Source: Camelus ferus (lineage: Eukaryota). From it: DNA of 64,000 nucleotides. Each line of letters starts with the position of its first letter. Within the stretch, counting starts at the first letter, position 1. Position numbers and translations under genes: made by a program. A model generated the notes under the pieces. That model searched no databases. It was not told the origin of the DNA and was given only the letters and a program-made list of their open reading frames with translations. This document shows positions 12,526 through 24,619 of the stretch, in pieces. The stretch covers positions 115,880,001 through 115,944,000 of the forward strand of contig NC_045696.1 of NCBI RefSeq assembly GCF_009834535.1. Reading direction: 5' to 3'.

Positions 12526-14228
12526 TATATTATATATTATATCTAATAATTAATATTAGATGTTTATTATATATTATGTATATATTATTTTCATGTAACT
12601 AAAAATGCTGCTTTTCTATGACTTTGAGCCCTTTTCAAAATCAACGTTGTGGCAAGGGATGGTTGGTGGTCAGCAAAGTTGCTGGTGGCATATTACTGTC
12701 TTTAATCAATGCCAATACTGAGGGTCCTCTACGGACCTGTTATAATTACACAACACCCCTTCCCAGTCACCACTGGTGAGTGACCTAGCTGAGCTGAGTA
12801 AAGGAAGCAAAAGGCAGCTGGACTAGCTTTGCTTTTCCCTGATCTCTGTGAGGTTACTATCCTGCAGAGAGGGTGGCAGATTATAAAGGAATAGTAAGCA
12901 GTCTTCTCCCCAAAGGAGAGATTGAAGAGTTTCCAAAAGTGCCCCCAGCACAGAGCAGGTTGGCAAGTCCTGCCCTGTCTAGGGCTGTGTCTGTATCCTC
13001 ACGGAACTGAATCTTCAATTCTTAAAGATTCCTCTTTGTGAAGTCATGATCTAAGCAAAGCAAGAAGCAGCAGCTAAACATTCAGGAAGTACCAGGAACC
13101 TGACTAAAAACCTCACGGAATATGGTAGTTTTCCTGCCTAGGAAATGTCAGTATGGTAGCCCAGTGGTGTTCAGGGATTGTCGAAAACTGGATTTTACAA
13201 ATGATAAATAAGTGTTAAAGAGCTCCTTGCTGCTGCTGTAACAGCCATGTCCCTCAAGTCTGTTATGTGGACCGTGAAACTGACTAGAGACCTGGGAGCA
13301 GCAGAATGCGTTGCTGAAAGCGTGTACTCTGGACCTCTCTAAGCATGGTTCGAGTCCTGGTGTTGCCACTTGCAAATCTTTTTCAAAAAGAAAGGAGGCT
13401 AAAATCAATTAAGAGACATTTGCTGTAGTTCAATCATTCCTTCTTTCAATACAGATTTGTTTTCTGGTGACTGCTATGGGTCAGATAAGCCCTGAGCAGA
13501 GCCCAGACCGAAGCAGTGGCAGAAGGAATGGAGAAAGAGAACAAACAGAAGGGCTTTTTGTTCTTTTGGAAGTTAGCACTGACTTCTTTCTAAGCAAAGT
13601 GAGATCTCATTATGCCGTTCCCTCTCCCTGGGATCCCTTTAATGGATGTGCTGAAGCCTACTTTCTGCTGCAGTCAATTTTCTGCTAGTAATTTCGCACC
13701 ATGGGGTCAGTACAGTAGCCATCAAAGTGGGGAGGTTTGAATAAATTATCAATAAATTCAGTACGATAACTCTGCTCCCTTCACTCCAAGTACACAGATG
13801 TTTTCGATTTTAAGACTAAAGTTAAGGAAAATGTGGGAAAGCGTCTGAACTGTGGCATGACTAGGGCATGGAAGACAGAGTGCCACGTTCAAAGCCAAAA
13901 GACTTGACAATAATTTTTGGCTTAGTTCTGCATCAAACTGGAAAAGCCTATAGTCAGTGAAATTCTTCATTGGTCTAATGGGGTTGGAATGGCTGTGCTG
14001 CTCATCTCACAGAAATGTTTCAGAAGACATCAACTCAAAGCACTTTATATATCAAAATGGTCTGCAGAGAGTTGTCCTGGAGAAGCAGATCTCTGGATGT
14101 CTCATCTTCCTTAGCACATAAATCATGCCCCTAAAATCAAATAAAAATTAACACTGGCAGCCCAGGAATCTGACTGGAAATGTGAGGGGCAATCCAAACA
14201 CCTTCACTTGATAATTATGTGGGTAAAT

Positions 14229-14370
14229 ATCTGTCTGTTTGCCTGTCTGTCTATCTATTTATCCATCCATCCATCTATATATATCTCTATATCTATCTAT
14301 CTATCTACCTACCTATCTATCTATACCTGCATGTATACACACACACCCCCACCCCCCCCACACACACACA
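14229..14370. repeat. Compound (TCTG)/(TCCA)/(TCTA)n, (CA)n and C-run microsatellite
   Basis: Directly visible tandem units. Confidence 0.9.
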
Positions 14371-15959
14371 AGGACATTTTTTTCACACCAAGAACACAAT
14401 CATATCCGTCTATCTCACTGCCTGGCTCAGTCACCACTCTGCTTCCCATAATATATGATAGGATGTCAGAGAGAGAAACCGAATTCCCAAAATGAAGCAA
14501 ATGTTGGAGTATCTACCTTAAGTAACTAATCCCCATGAAAGTTTTGGTGTTGACTTGAATGGATTGCAAGACCTTAAATGCTGTAAGACCTGAGCTTGAC
14601 AAAGATTATGTGAACAAGGTTGTGCCTCTGATGATTTCCACACCAGTACAGAAGAAAGGAGATGAGAACAAATGAGTCGAATCTCTTCAACTCCTAGTAT
14701 TTTTAAAGTGTTGGTGTTTCCTCAGTGTGATATTTCTCAAGTCTACAAAGAAAAAAAAATGAAATGAAATGCCCTCATATTTAATATTGGGAAATCTTGA
14801 GAACACAAGAACTGTTTCCTGAGCATAACTGTGCTTATGACTCACCCAAAAATGAGGTTTTCGGTTTATTTTTAAATAAAAATTTCTGAACCCCATACCC
14901 CTTCTCCACTTCTGACTTTGCTTTGCCGGGTCTGTGCAAGAGCGTAGAAATCTGCAATGCTAACATCTGCCCCTATTAGATGAAGATGTCCTAGACAAGC
15001 CATGGCTATAAATTGTATCACTGATGACTATTACAGGCAGAAGACCCTGGTCTTCACTTAATTCAATCACTCACAGTTTGGAGATGAATAAACTGAGAAC
15101 AGGAAAATGAGGGAATTGCCCAAACGCACAGAGGTAGCACAGAAGTCAACAGTCAGGGGCAGATTTCTTCCATTCCTTTGCAGATTTTAGAAGACTACCT
15201 TTTTTTCTATCTATTCCTATTCACCATTCAGCATTGTATAGACCTCTTAAGGCCCTTGACCTGAGGCAAAACCATTCTTGCCATATTTTCTGTAGAATCA
15301 TAAACGGCAATGTCAAGGCGCCATAAACACGCCAATCTGGATGAACAATAGCAAGACTTTGCTGGTTTGGTGATTCACTGGAGACATGAGGGTCATGAAT
15401 TCCCACTTCTGCACCCATTTTACTTACATATAGCAGAATTTTGGCTCAGCCACCAATCTCTAAAATAGTGACATGCTGTGCAACACTGTTTTGGGAATAA
15501 AAATGTTTATGGTGTACCTGAATATTCTGGTTTTAGGTCCTAAATAACAACCTTTCTCTAAGGTCTGATCTTAACAGTTATTCATGGTGACAGTCATTTC
15601 CTTGGGGAAAAACACCCTATGCTAACTCTTTTGCACGTTAATATTCCTACATCTATCTTTTATGTTTAAGAGTAAATTAAAGTACTTTGTATAAACAATG
15701 ATGACCATTCTCCCACCCCCTGCCCCCAGAAAACACCTCTTTCCAGTTTTTTGTATTTAATAATTAGTAAAATAGAACCCCCAATTTCTTCCAGATGAAA
15801 AAAAAATTATCTACTGACAGTAGTTTAATTACTGACTTTACAGAACCATACAATACTTAGCACAGTAGATTTACCCAGCACTAAAAACCCATTTTCAGAA
15901 GGTTAAACAATAATAACAGTGATAATAAGAGTAAACGTTTATTCAGAAAATGCTTATGA

Positions 15960-18900
15960 AACATTTATTTTTTCGACCAATACTTAGACCTACAAAGAAC
16001 CTATGAAGTTGCAGGCATTGTACTGGGTGTTGGAGATGCAGCTGTGAAGGAGGTCAGTGTGCTCCTTGCCCTTGTGGAACTCACTGTCAACTGGAGAAGA
16101 AAAATGTTGCAAAAAATTGATGACTGTAGTTGCAATAAATGCTATAAGACAAACATAAGAGTGTTAAGAGGACTATGGGGCACCTCAACCATCTTTGGAA
16201 TAAGAAAAAGCCTCTTTGAAAATGTGATCTATAGACCGTAATCTGCATTGCGAAGAACGTGTATGTGTGGGGAGGGAGGATTGAGGCAGCACAGGGGAGA
16301 AGAGTAAGCTAAGAACACAGAACATTAAATATGAAATCTGGGAGTGTGTGGCCAAGATGGCAGAGTAGGAAGACCCCGAGCTCATCTCCTCCCACAGACA
16401 CACCAAAACTACAACTATTTACAGAGAAACTGTCTATTAGAACTACCTGAAGACCAGGAGAAAATGTTTTCCACCACTAAATATATAAAGAAGGAGCCAC
16501 AATGAGATGTCAAGACTCACACCCCCAGGTGGACAACCCATAGATGGGAAGATAATGACATTTGCATAGTTCTCCCCAAGGCACCAGGGGTCAAAATCTC
16601 ACATTGGGCTCCCCAGCATGGGGGTCCTGCACCAGAAAGGTGAGCCCCCACAAGGTCTTTCTTTGAAGGTCAGTGGGGCTTACTTTTGGGAGAGCCAGAG
16701 CACTGTGGGAAATAGAGACTTCACTCTTAAAAGGTGAGTGCAAAATCTCACACACTCCAAGACCCAGCGCAGAGGCAGTAATTTGAAAGGAGCCTGGACC
16801 ATACCTATCTGCTGATCTTGGAGAGTCTCCTGGAGAGGCAGGAGTCATCTGGGACTCCCCCTGGGGACACAGACACTATTGGCAGTCATTTCTAGTGGTT
16901 CTGCGGGAGTGTGTTCCACCACAAGGACACTGGTGTGGCAAGTACCAGTATGGAGTCCTGCCTCTGGCCTGATAGTGCCAGAGGATTACTGCCCACCAGT
17001 AGGCCAGCCACGCCCAAACCTGGCCACTCCCACCAGAGGCAAACACCAGATCTGGGACCCACTGGGCCATGCAGCCAGGCTCACTGTCCCACCCACCAGC
17101 AGGCTGGAAGACACCTCATGAGGCAAGAACCAAACAGAAATATCAATAACTAAAATGAAAAATATACTAGAAGGAAATACACTCGATTAGATGATACAGA
17201 GGGAACAGATTAGCAAACTGGAAACAGAACAGCGGAAATCACCCATGCTGAACAGAGAAAAGAATTTTTTTTTTTAATCAATATACTTTAAGAGATCTCT
17301 GGGACAACAGTAAGCCTAAAAATTTGTATTATGGGCGTCCCAGAAAGAGAAGAAAGGGAGAGAGAGGCAGAAAACATAAAGACATAATAGCTGAAAATTT
17401 TCCTAACGTGGGAAAGGAAACAGACATCCAGTTCCAGAAAGCACAGAGAGTCCCAAACAAAATGAACCCAAAGAGGTTCACTGCTAAGACACATTGTAAT
17501 TAAAATGGCAAAAATTAAAGATAAAAAAAATCTTTAAAGCAGCAAGAGAAAAGCAACCACTTACTGCACAAGAGAACTCCCATAAAACAATCAGCTGACA
17601 TTTCAGCAGAAACTGTGGGACAAAAGGGATTGCCACCATAGACTCAAAGTGATGAAGGGAATAAAAAACCTACAACCAACAATACCCCAACCAGCAAAGC
17701 TGTCACTCAGATTTGAAGGAGAAAGAGTTTTACAGACAAGCAAAAGCTAAAAGAGTTCAGCACCACGAAACTAGCTTTAAAAATGTTAAAGGGACTTCTC
17801 TAAGCAGAAGAGGGAAAACCATAGCTAGAAATAGGAAAATTACAGAAGGAAAAATCTCATTTATGAATGCAAATATACAATAAAGGTAATAAAGATCAAC
17901 CACTTAGAAAGCTAGTAGGAAGGTTAAAAGACAAAAGTAGTGAAAACATCTACATCTATATCCACAATAAGTAATTGAGAGATACACAAAATTTTAAAAA
18001 GATGTAAAATGTAATTTCAAAATCACTAAATGGGGGGGAGTAAAAATGCAGGGTCGTTAGAAAAAATAATATACAGAAATCTGTTGTGTTTCTATACACT
18101 AACAACAAACTATCAGAAAGATAAATTAAGAAAATAATGCCACTTACAACTGCATCAAAAAGAAAAAAAAAAAAACACCTAGAAATAAATATAACCAAGG
18201 AGGTAAAAGGCCAAAAACTATAAGATATTGATGAAAGAAATTTAAGATGGCACAAACAAACGGAAAGTTATACCACACTCATGGGTTGGAAGAATTAATT
18301 AATCTTGTTAAATTGACCATACTACCCATGGAAATCTACAGATTCAGTGCATTCCTTGTCAATACACAAGGTATTTCTTCACAAAACTAGAACAAATAAT
18401 CCTAAAATTTGTATGAAACACAAAAGACACTGAATAGCTAAAACACTCTTGAGGGGGAAAAAAGCTGATGGTTTCACGCTCTCTGATTTCAAACTATACT
18501 ACAAAGTTACAGTAATTAAAACAGTGTGGTACTAGCACAAAAATAGACACATAAATCAGTGGAACAGAATAGACAACTCGTAAATAAAACACAACACTTA
18601 TATGGTCAATTAATCTATGACAAAGGAGGTGAGAATACACATTGGAGAAAACAAGCAGCCTCTTCAATAAATGGTATTGGGAAAACTGACAGCCACATGT
18701 AAAAGAATCAGATTGGACTATTCTCTCCTACCATATACAGAATAAATTCAAAATGGATTAAAGGCTAAAGTGTAAGACCAGAAAACTTAAATTCCTAGAG
18801 GAAATATAGGCAGTAAGCTCAGTGACTTTAGTCTTAATATTTTGGGGGATATGTCTCCTCAGTCAAGGGAAACAAAAACAAAAATAAAAGAATGGAACTA

Positions 18901-20125
18901 CATCAAACTAAAGAATTTCTACACAGTGAAGGAAACTATAAACAAAACAAAAAGGCAGCATGCTGAATGGGAGAAGATACTTGCAAACTGTATATGTAGC
19001 AAGGGGTTAATATCCAAAATATACAAAAAATTCATACAATTCAACATCAAACACCCTCCAAAACAATGAGCAGAGGACCTGAATAGACATTTTTCCAAAT
19101 AAGACAACAGATGGACAACAGATACATGAAAATATGTTTGATATCATTAATCATCAAAGCAATGCAAATCAAAACCACAATGAGATATCACCTCACACCT
19201 GACAGAATGGCTGTTATGAAAAAGACGGGAACTAGTTGTCAGTGAGGATGTGGAGAAAGGAAGAGAATCCTCATGCACTACTGGTGGGAGTCTAAATTGA
19301 TGCAGCCACTATGGAAAACAGTATGGCGATTCCTTTAAACTTGAGCTATCATATATTCCAGAAATTCCATTTCAAAGAAAATAAAAATATTATTTTGAAA
19401 AGATAAATGCACACCTATGTTCACTGCAGCATTATTTATAATAGCCAAGATATGGAAGCAACCTAAATGTCCATCAGTAGAGGAATGGATAAAGACACAT
19501 ACATAAATACAGTGGAATATTACTCGGCCATAAAGAAGAATGAAATCTTGTCACTTAGGACAACATAGATGGACCTACAGGGTATTATGCTGGTGAAATC
19601 ACTCAGACAGAGAAAGATAAAACCATATGACTTCACTTATATGGGGATTCTAAAGAAAAAACAAATGAATAAACATAATAAAATGGAAACAGATTCATAG
19701 ATACAAAGAACAAACATGTGGTTGCCAGAAGGGTAGGGTTTTGAGGATGAGGGAAATAGACAATGGAGATTAAGAAGTACACATTTTCAGTTATAAAATA
19801 CATGAGTCCCAATGATGTAACATACAACATAGGGAATACAATCCACAATATTATAATAACTATGTATGGTGACAGATGGCAACTAAACTTAACATGGTAA
19901 TCATTAATGTATAAAAATACTGAATCACCATGTTGTACACCTGAAATTAATATAATATTGTAAGTCAATTATGCTTCAGTTTTTTTAAAAAATCTGGTAT
20001 CTTTAAGATAAAAGAGAAGTACTTTGATGTGGCAGGAGCATAATATACAAGGAAGAGAGTGGCAGACAATGAGTTTGAAGCAGTAGGTAAGGGCTGGATT
20101 ATAGGAGGCATAATTCTAAAGGGCA
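15960..20125 (-). mobile_element. L2 remnant split by the long L1 (pieces about 15960-16330 and 19998-20125)
   Basis: GCAGGCATTGTACTGGGTGTTGGAGATGCAGCTGTGAA..CCTTGCCCTTGTGGAACTCACTGTC; continues after the L1 with GTGGCAGGAGCA..GAGAGTGGCAGACAATGAG..GTAGGTAAGGGCTGGATTATAGG. Confidence 0.7.
16342..19989 (+). mobile_element. Older L1 with 5'UTR, partial ORF1, ORF2 C-terminal half and 3'UTR; internally deleted, inactive
   Basis: 5' end GGCCAAGATGGCAGAGTAGGAAGAC (YY1 site typical of L1 5' ends); ORF1-like sequence 17125-17800; ORF track 18842..19069 (KIKEWNYIKLKNFYTVKETINKTKRQHAEWEKILAN) matches L1 ORF2; flanking direct repeat aaatctgg (16334-16341 / 19990-19997). Confidence 0.93.
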
Positions 20126-21649
20126 TGCTTCCGTTACGTACTGCTGTAAAAAAAAATTATTGCAATATTGGTGGCTTAAAGCAACAACAAGTTTGTTTGC
20201 TCAGCATGATTTCACTCAGATAATAATGAAGATAATATCAATCTTTCTTTGTTGGCTTGCATTTCTCTATGGATTTAACTTCATAGGTTTTTTTCAATTA
20301 TCTACACAACTTCCTGGCTAACCTAAAAAATGAGAGGTTGCTTGTTTGTTTTTAATAGAAGTGAATCCCTTAAAATCATCCATCCATCCTTTCCAAAGGC
20401 TTTGCCTGCAAGTGTCATCGTAGTCAGCCTTTATGGTCCTCACTCGGAAAGAAATCAGGGAAAATAAAACTAAGAGCATCAGTTCATTTGCCCCACTCAT
20501 ACCCACACCTAGGCACAAATCCGTGCCTGGAATTTTTCTATTAATTTTTCGTTTCTTCTATATTTACACTCACTACTGCTCTTGTTCTCTTTCATAGCAC
20601 CCAGACTTGAATTTATGACCGAAGCACCTATGATTTGACTCCTTCATGAACAAAAACGACGGTCTTTTAAACACCTGAGGGATGCTTCCCAAATGGTTGG
20701 AGTCCGAAAGCAGAGGGGGCTGGAATAGGAGTGAAGGCAGAGACTTTTCACACATCCATACGGGAATCAGAAGAAAAAGTATCCAAGAAGCGTCAGCCGC
20801 AAGAACATTGTATTCAAAAAGCTATCTGAACCGCATATCAAGGAAACACCACCAGTGATAACTTGACAGGGAGAAGAGTTGGCTTATCTTGCTGAAGGGC
20901 ATTGATTTTGGAAAGAGTTTTGCCTGCCTAAGAACGGTTGCAAAGAGCTTTCAGGAGGGAATATCTTGGCTTACTGAACCTTTGAGAAAGTTCACCATTC
21001 ATCATAGAGTCACTGCATATTTCTGTGGCTCAGCATTTTGCCAACGCACTTTCAAGTTAACAGATTCTCCATTACCACCAAAATACCATCAGCTGACCCC
21101 TGACTCATCACTCCAGCTCATTAGAACCCTCTTCCAAACTATGAAATGATAATTTTGCCATCATCATACCAAGTATTCTAAAATTATTCATAAATATTTA
21201 TAAATTATTTATAAAGGTTTCCCTGTATTTCAAGTTAAGAAATAGAATTAGACAAAGGTATAGAGAGATGGAGTCTGAGTCATTACGTTTGCTCGTTGTT
21301 GGGATTCTCTGGCTGGTTTATTTCCCTTTGGACTATTTCTAGGATTTTTTTCATTGCATTATTTAAATCCTGAATTGTGGCAATAAACAGATGACATCAT
21401 CCTGGAGCTGGGCTTCTTCAAGTTCAGGCACATCAAAGAGTCACTACCAGTTTTTGAAAAGTAGATCTGAATTGCTAACCAGCCTCAGAGTCTCAAATGG
21501 AATTTGGATTAATTTTTCCGTTAGCAAGCTAAGCCCAGGTGACTCTCCCCTCTATGTACTTTACACAGTCACCTCAAGGTAGTGCTTTCTCAGCTTTAGA
21601 TGAGAAATGATGCAAACTGATAAAGCCTGGAGGTTTCATAAAATAAGTG

Positions 21650-21653
21650 TATA

Positions 21654-21687
<34 letters not shown>
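21650..21687. repeat. (TG)n microsatellite
   Basis: Directly visible. Confidence 0.95.
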
Positions 21688-21688
<1 letters not shown>

Positions 21689-22199
21689 TGTAAAATAAAT
21701 ACTGCATACAGTCTACCCATAAATAATACAGTAAGAGTAATCTAGCACATATTGTCTTTGTTTACAAACTCGAAATTACCGGTATACGCATGTGTTTTCA
21801 TTCAGAGAAGATGGCCAAAATTTATTTCTCAAAGTGGCTAAAAACTTCTGACTGAGCATGGCGTATTAAACATAGCATGATCTCCACTATCTTCTGAAGC
21901 TTCTTTAAGATTTTAGTAAAAGAGAATGTGAGTAGGGGGAAAGACAATAGTGAACTCAAGTTAACAAGCAAACTTTGGAAAAAGAAAACAGATGGTTGAG
22001 GGTAACTGACTTGTAAAGAGTTTTTCAAATTTCGTTGCCCATTAAAATCACCTTTAGAACATCAAATGAAGCTGTGGTAGACATGGATTATAAGCTATGG
22101 AGTAAAATGAGAATCTAAGTCCTCACTTCTTGCAGAGGATATTAGAGGCCCTTATCATGTAGACGTGGCCCATGCAGCTGGCGCAGTGTTGGGTACCAT

Positions 22200-22445
22200 G
22201 ATTTAGTGGTTGGAAGATATAATTTTAGACTAGACACACCAAGCTTTGAGTTTTTTCTGCTTTTTTTAGAGCTATGTCCTCTTGGCAAGTTGCTTCAATT
22301 CTGCAAGCCTCAGAGTTTCTTCATGGGTTAAAATTAGAACAATGTCATGGAATTGTTACGGGGCTCAAATAATTTCATGTTTGCGGATACTTGGCCTGTT
22401 CCTGGCCCAGAGTCAACTTTTGGTAAAGGCTCTGTATCATTATAT
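22200..22445 (+). mobile_element. MIR SINE
   Basis: TAGTGGTT..TTTAGACTAGACACACC..CTTGGCAAGTTGCTTCAATTCTGCAAGCCTCAGAGTTTCTTCATGGGTTAAAAT. Confidence 0.75.
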
Positions 22446-23821
22446 TACAACTAAATATGTTTCACTTATTTCCTTTGACCATATATTCCTTGGTTATCAC
22501 CAGACTAGATATAAAAAATAAGACGGCTAAATTAGAAAATAAGTAAGTATTATCTAATTTATTTCAACCTTAAACAAAAGTACAACTTAAGACGTACAAG
22601 ATACGATGTGCTTTATTAACTTCAATGCAAATCCTCATAAACGCTGAACTCCTGAGCACTTGAATCCAATTAGTTTCGATGGTTTTAGAATTATTTAGAT
22701 AACATGTCCACTGGAGATACAATATACAGCCTAACCATATGTTGGGAGACAATTAAAAAATAGCCTTCACGAGAAATATTTTAAAAATATAATACAATTT
22801 GAAAAAGAGCCCATGCAACTTTCCCAGCCAATGTAGCCATTAAAAACACTACAGTTACTCAAAGATCGAGGTGTCAGTTTTAGGAATACAACTAAAGAGT
22901 TAGGCATTCCTTCCATCTTACATGTTATAAAATGTAATTCTTACATTTTCCCCCTGGTTCTGTAGGTGTGTATCTACAACAAGAAAGTCAACATATCTTT
23001 ATTTTCTATTTTTCAATTTTTAGAAATGATTCTGCTCTCCTGACCTGTACTGACCTTCCCATTAATACGAGGTGCAATCACCAGTTGGCCCTACTTCTCA
23101 TCTTAATGTTTTTTACTCACTTTTAGGGGAAAGAGTGAAATGATGGGACAGTCCCAACACAGTGTTCCAATCACTCATCAACTCCAAGAGCAGTGTGCTG
23201 CTGCTTGAGGGAATTTATTAGCTGTAAAATCTCTGACACTTGGTTTCTCAAGGCCAAGGTTGTATCAGGTATGGAAAAAGGAAGGAAAACAAGCTCTTCT
23301 GTAACACCCTCGAGGCTGGTGGGGCTTCCGGGTACTCCTCGGACACGCCACCACTGCTAGGAGTTCTCAATCACCAACACAGTCTGCCTATCAGATCCAG
23401 GCAGAGTTTTTCAAATCTCTCAGGAGAGACAAAGCAGAAAACAGCCACAGAAAAGAGAAGCTAAAATGATACATTTTAGTTGCCAAAGATCCAGTTTGCT
23501 GGTGTAGCAGTCTTGTTCATATATTCGTTAATCATAGGACAAAACTTTGAGCATCAATTCTATTTGGGGGCTTTAATTAGACCACACATATTCCAACTAA
23601 GGTTAACCCTCATTAATACTAAATTTTAAGTCAATGTATGTCATGATTTGGCATTTTAATTGGGGAAAAAATGGTCTTAAAGAGATTCCCAATGAATGGG
23701 TGGAGATAAATATAGACATAGATAACACCACTGCCCTGGTTTTCAAACATGAATAGGATTATATAATCTTGGAAAGAATTTTCTCTTTATCTGTCTCTGT
23801 ATTTAAAGACTATGGGATATA

Positions 23822-23977
23822 TGAGGAGGGTATAGCTAAGTGGTAGAGTGTGTGCCTAACATGCACAAGGTCCTGGGTTCAATCCCCAGTACCTCCAATA
23901 AATTAAAAAATACACCCAATTTCTTCCCCTTCCAAAAAAAAAAATAAAAAATAAAATGCACTGTAATTTAAGAAAAA
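23822..23977 (+). mobile_element. tRNA-derived SINE, camelid Vic-1-like
   Basis: GGAGGGTATAGCTAAGTGGTAGAG (Pol III A box) ... GGTTCAATCCCC (B box) ... AGTACCTCCA, C-rich linker, A-rich tail; perfect 18-bp TSD taaagactatgggatata (23804-23821 / 23978-23995). Confidence 0.9.
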
Positions 23978-24619
23978 TAAAGACTATGGGATATAACACT
24001 TAACATTATGTTTTAGTCTCACAAAGTTGTTAATATTCTTATCAGTCCAGCTTTTCTTTCTTAGAATAGCTTTTACTTTTTTAAGAAAAAAGTCTTTGTT
24101 TCCCTGTCTTTGCTTTTAAAATTCATTTTGTCAAACTCCTTTCCTTGTTCATTACTCCTGACTGAACTGTATTACAATCCTCACAATCATGGTTAACCTG
24201 AGTGCTCTTAAATCAGAAATATACATGGAATAAAGATCTGTCTGAATAAAGGCATTTATCAGGAGAATAAATCCTGATAGGTGTCATACTCCTCAGATAT
24301 TTGGCATCGTTAACCACAGTGTTATCATTAAAGCCAGTAGACACCAGCTGATAAAGGTGCTCTAGAAACCAGTCAACTTTCATGTTTCGGTTTTCATGCT
24401 TAGAATTTAGCTGGAAAAATACTTCTTAGCAATCTGAAGAATAGATCCCTAAACACAGGCTGAGAGTATTTGGAAGGAACCGAAACCTTTAAAACTCTCA
24501 ACCATTAACTGCTCTCTGTCAAACTATTCTGTTTAGGAATAAGAAGACTATCTGCGGAGGGTTCTCTGTGAAGCACACCTTCTCAACATATTAGCCAATC
24601 ATAGAGGAGGAGAGGGAAG

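Noticed and set aside
20318..21150. Protein-looking short ORFs in unique DNA
   Set aside because: No convincing pair of splice sites and no recognisable family
23822..23897. tRNA-like sequence with A and B boxes
   Set aside because: Followed by a SINE body and A tail and flanked by TSDs, so it is a SINE and not a tRNA gene
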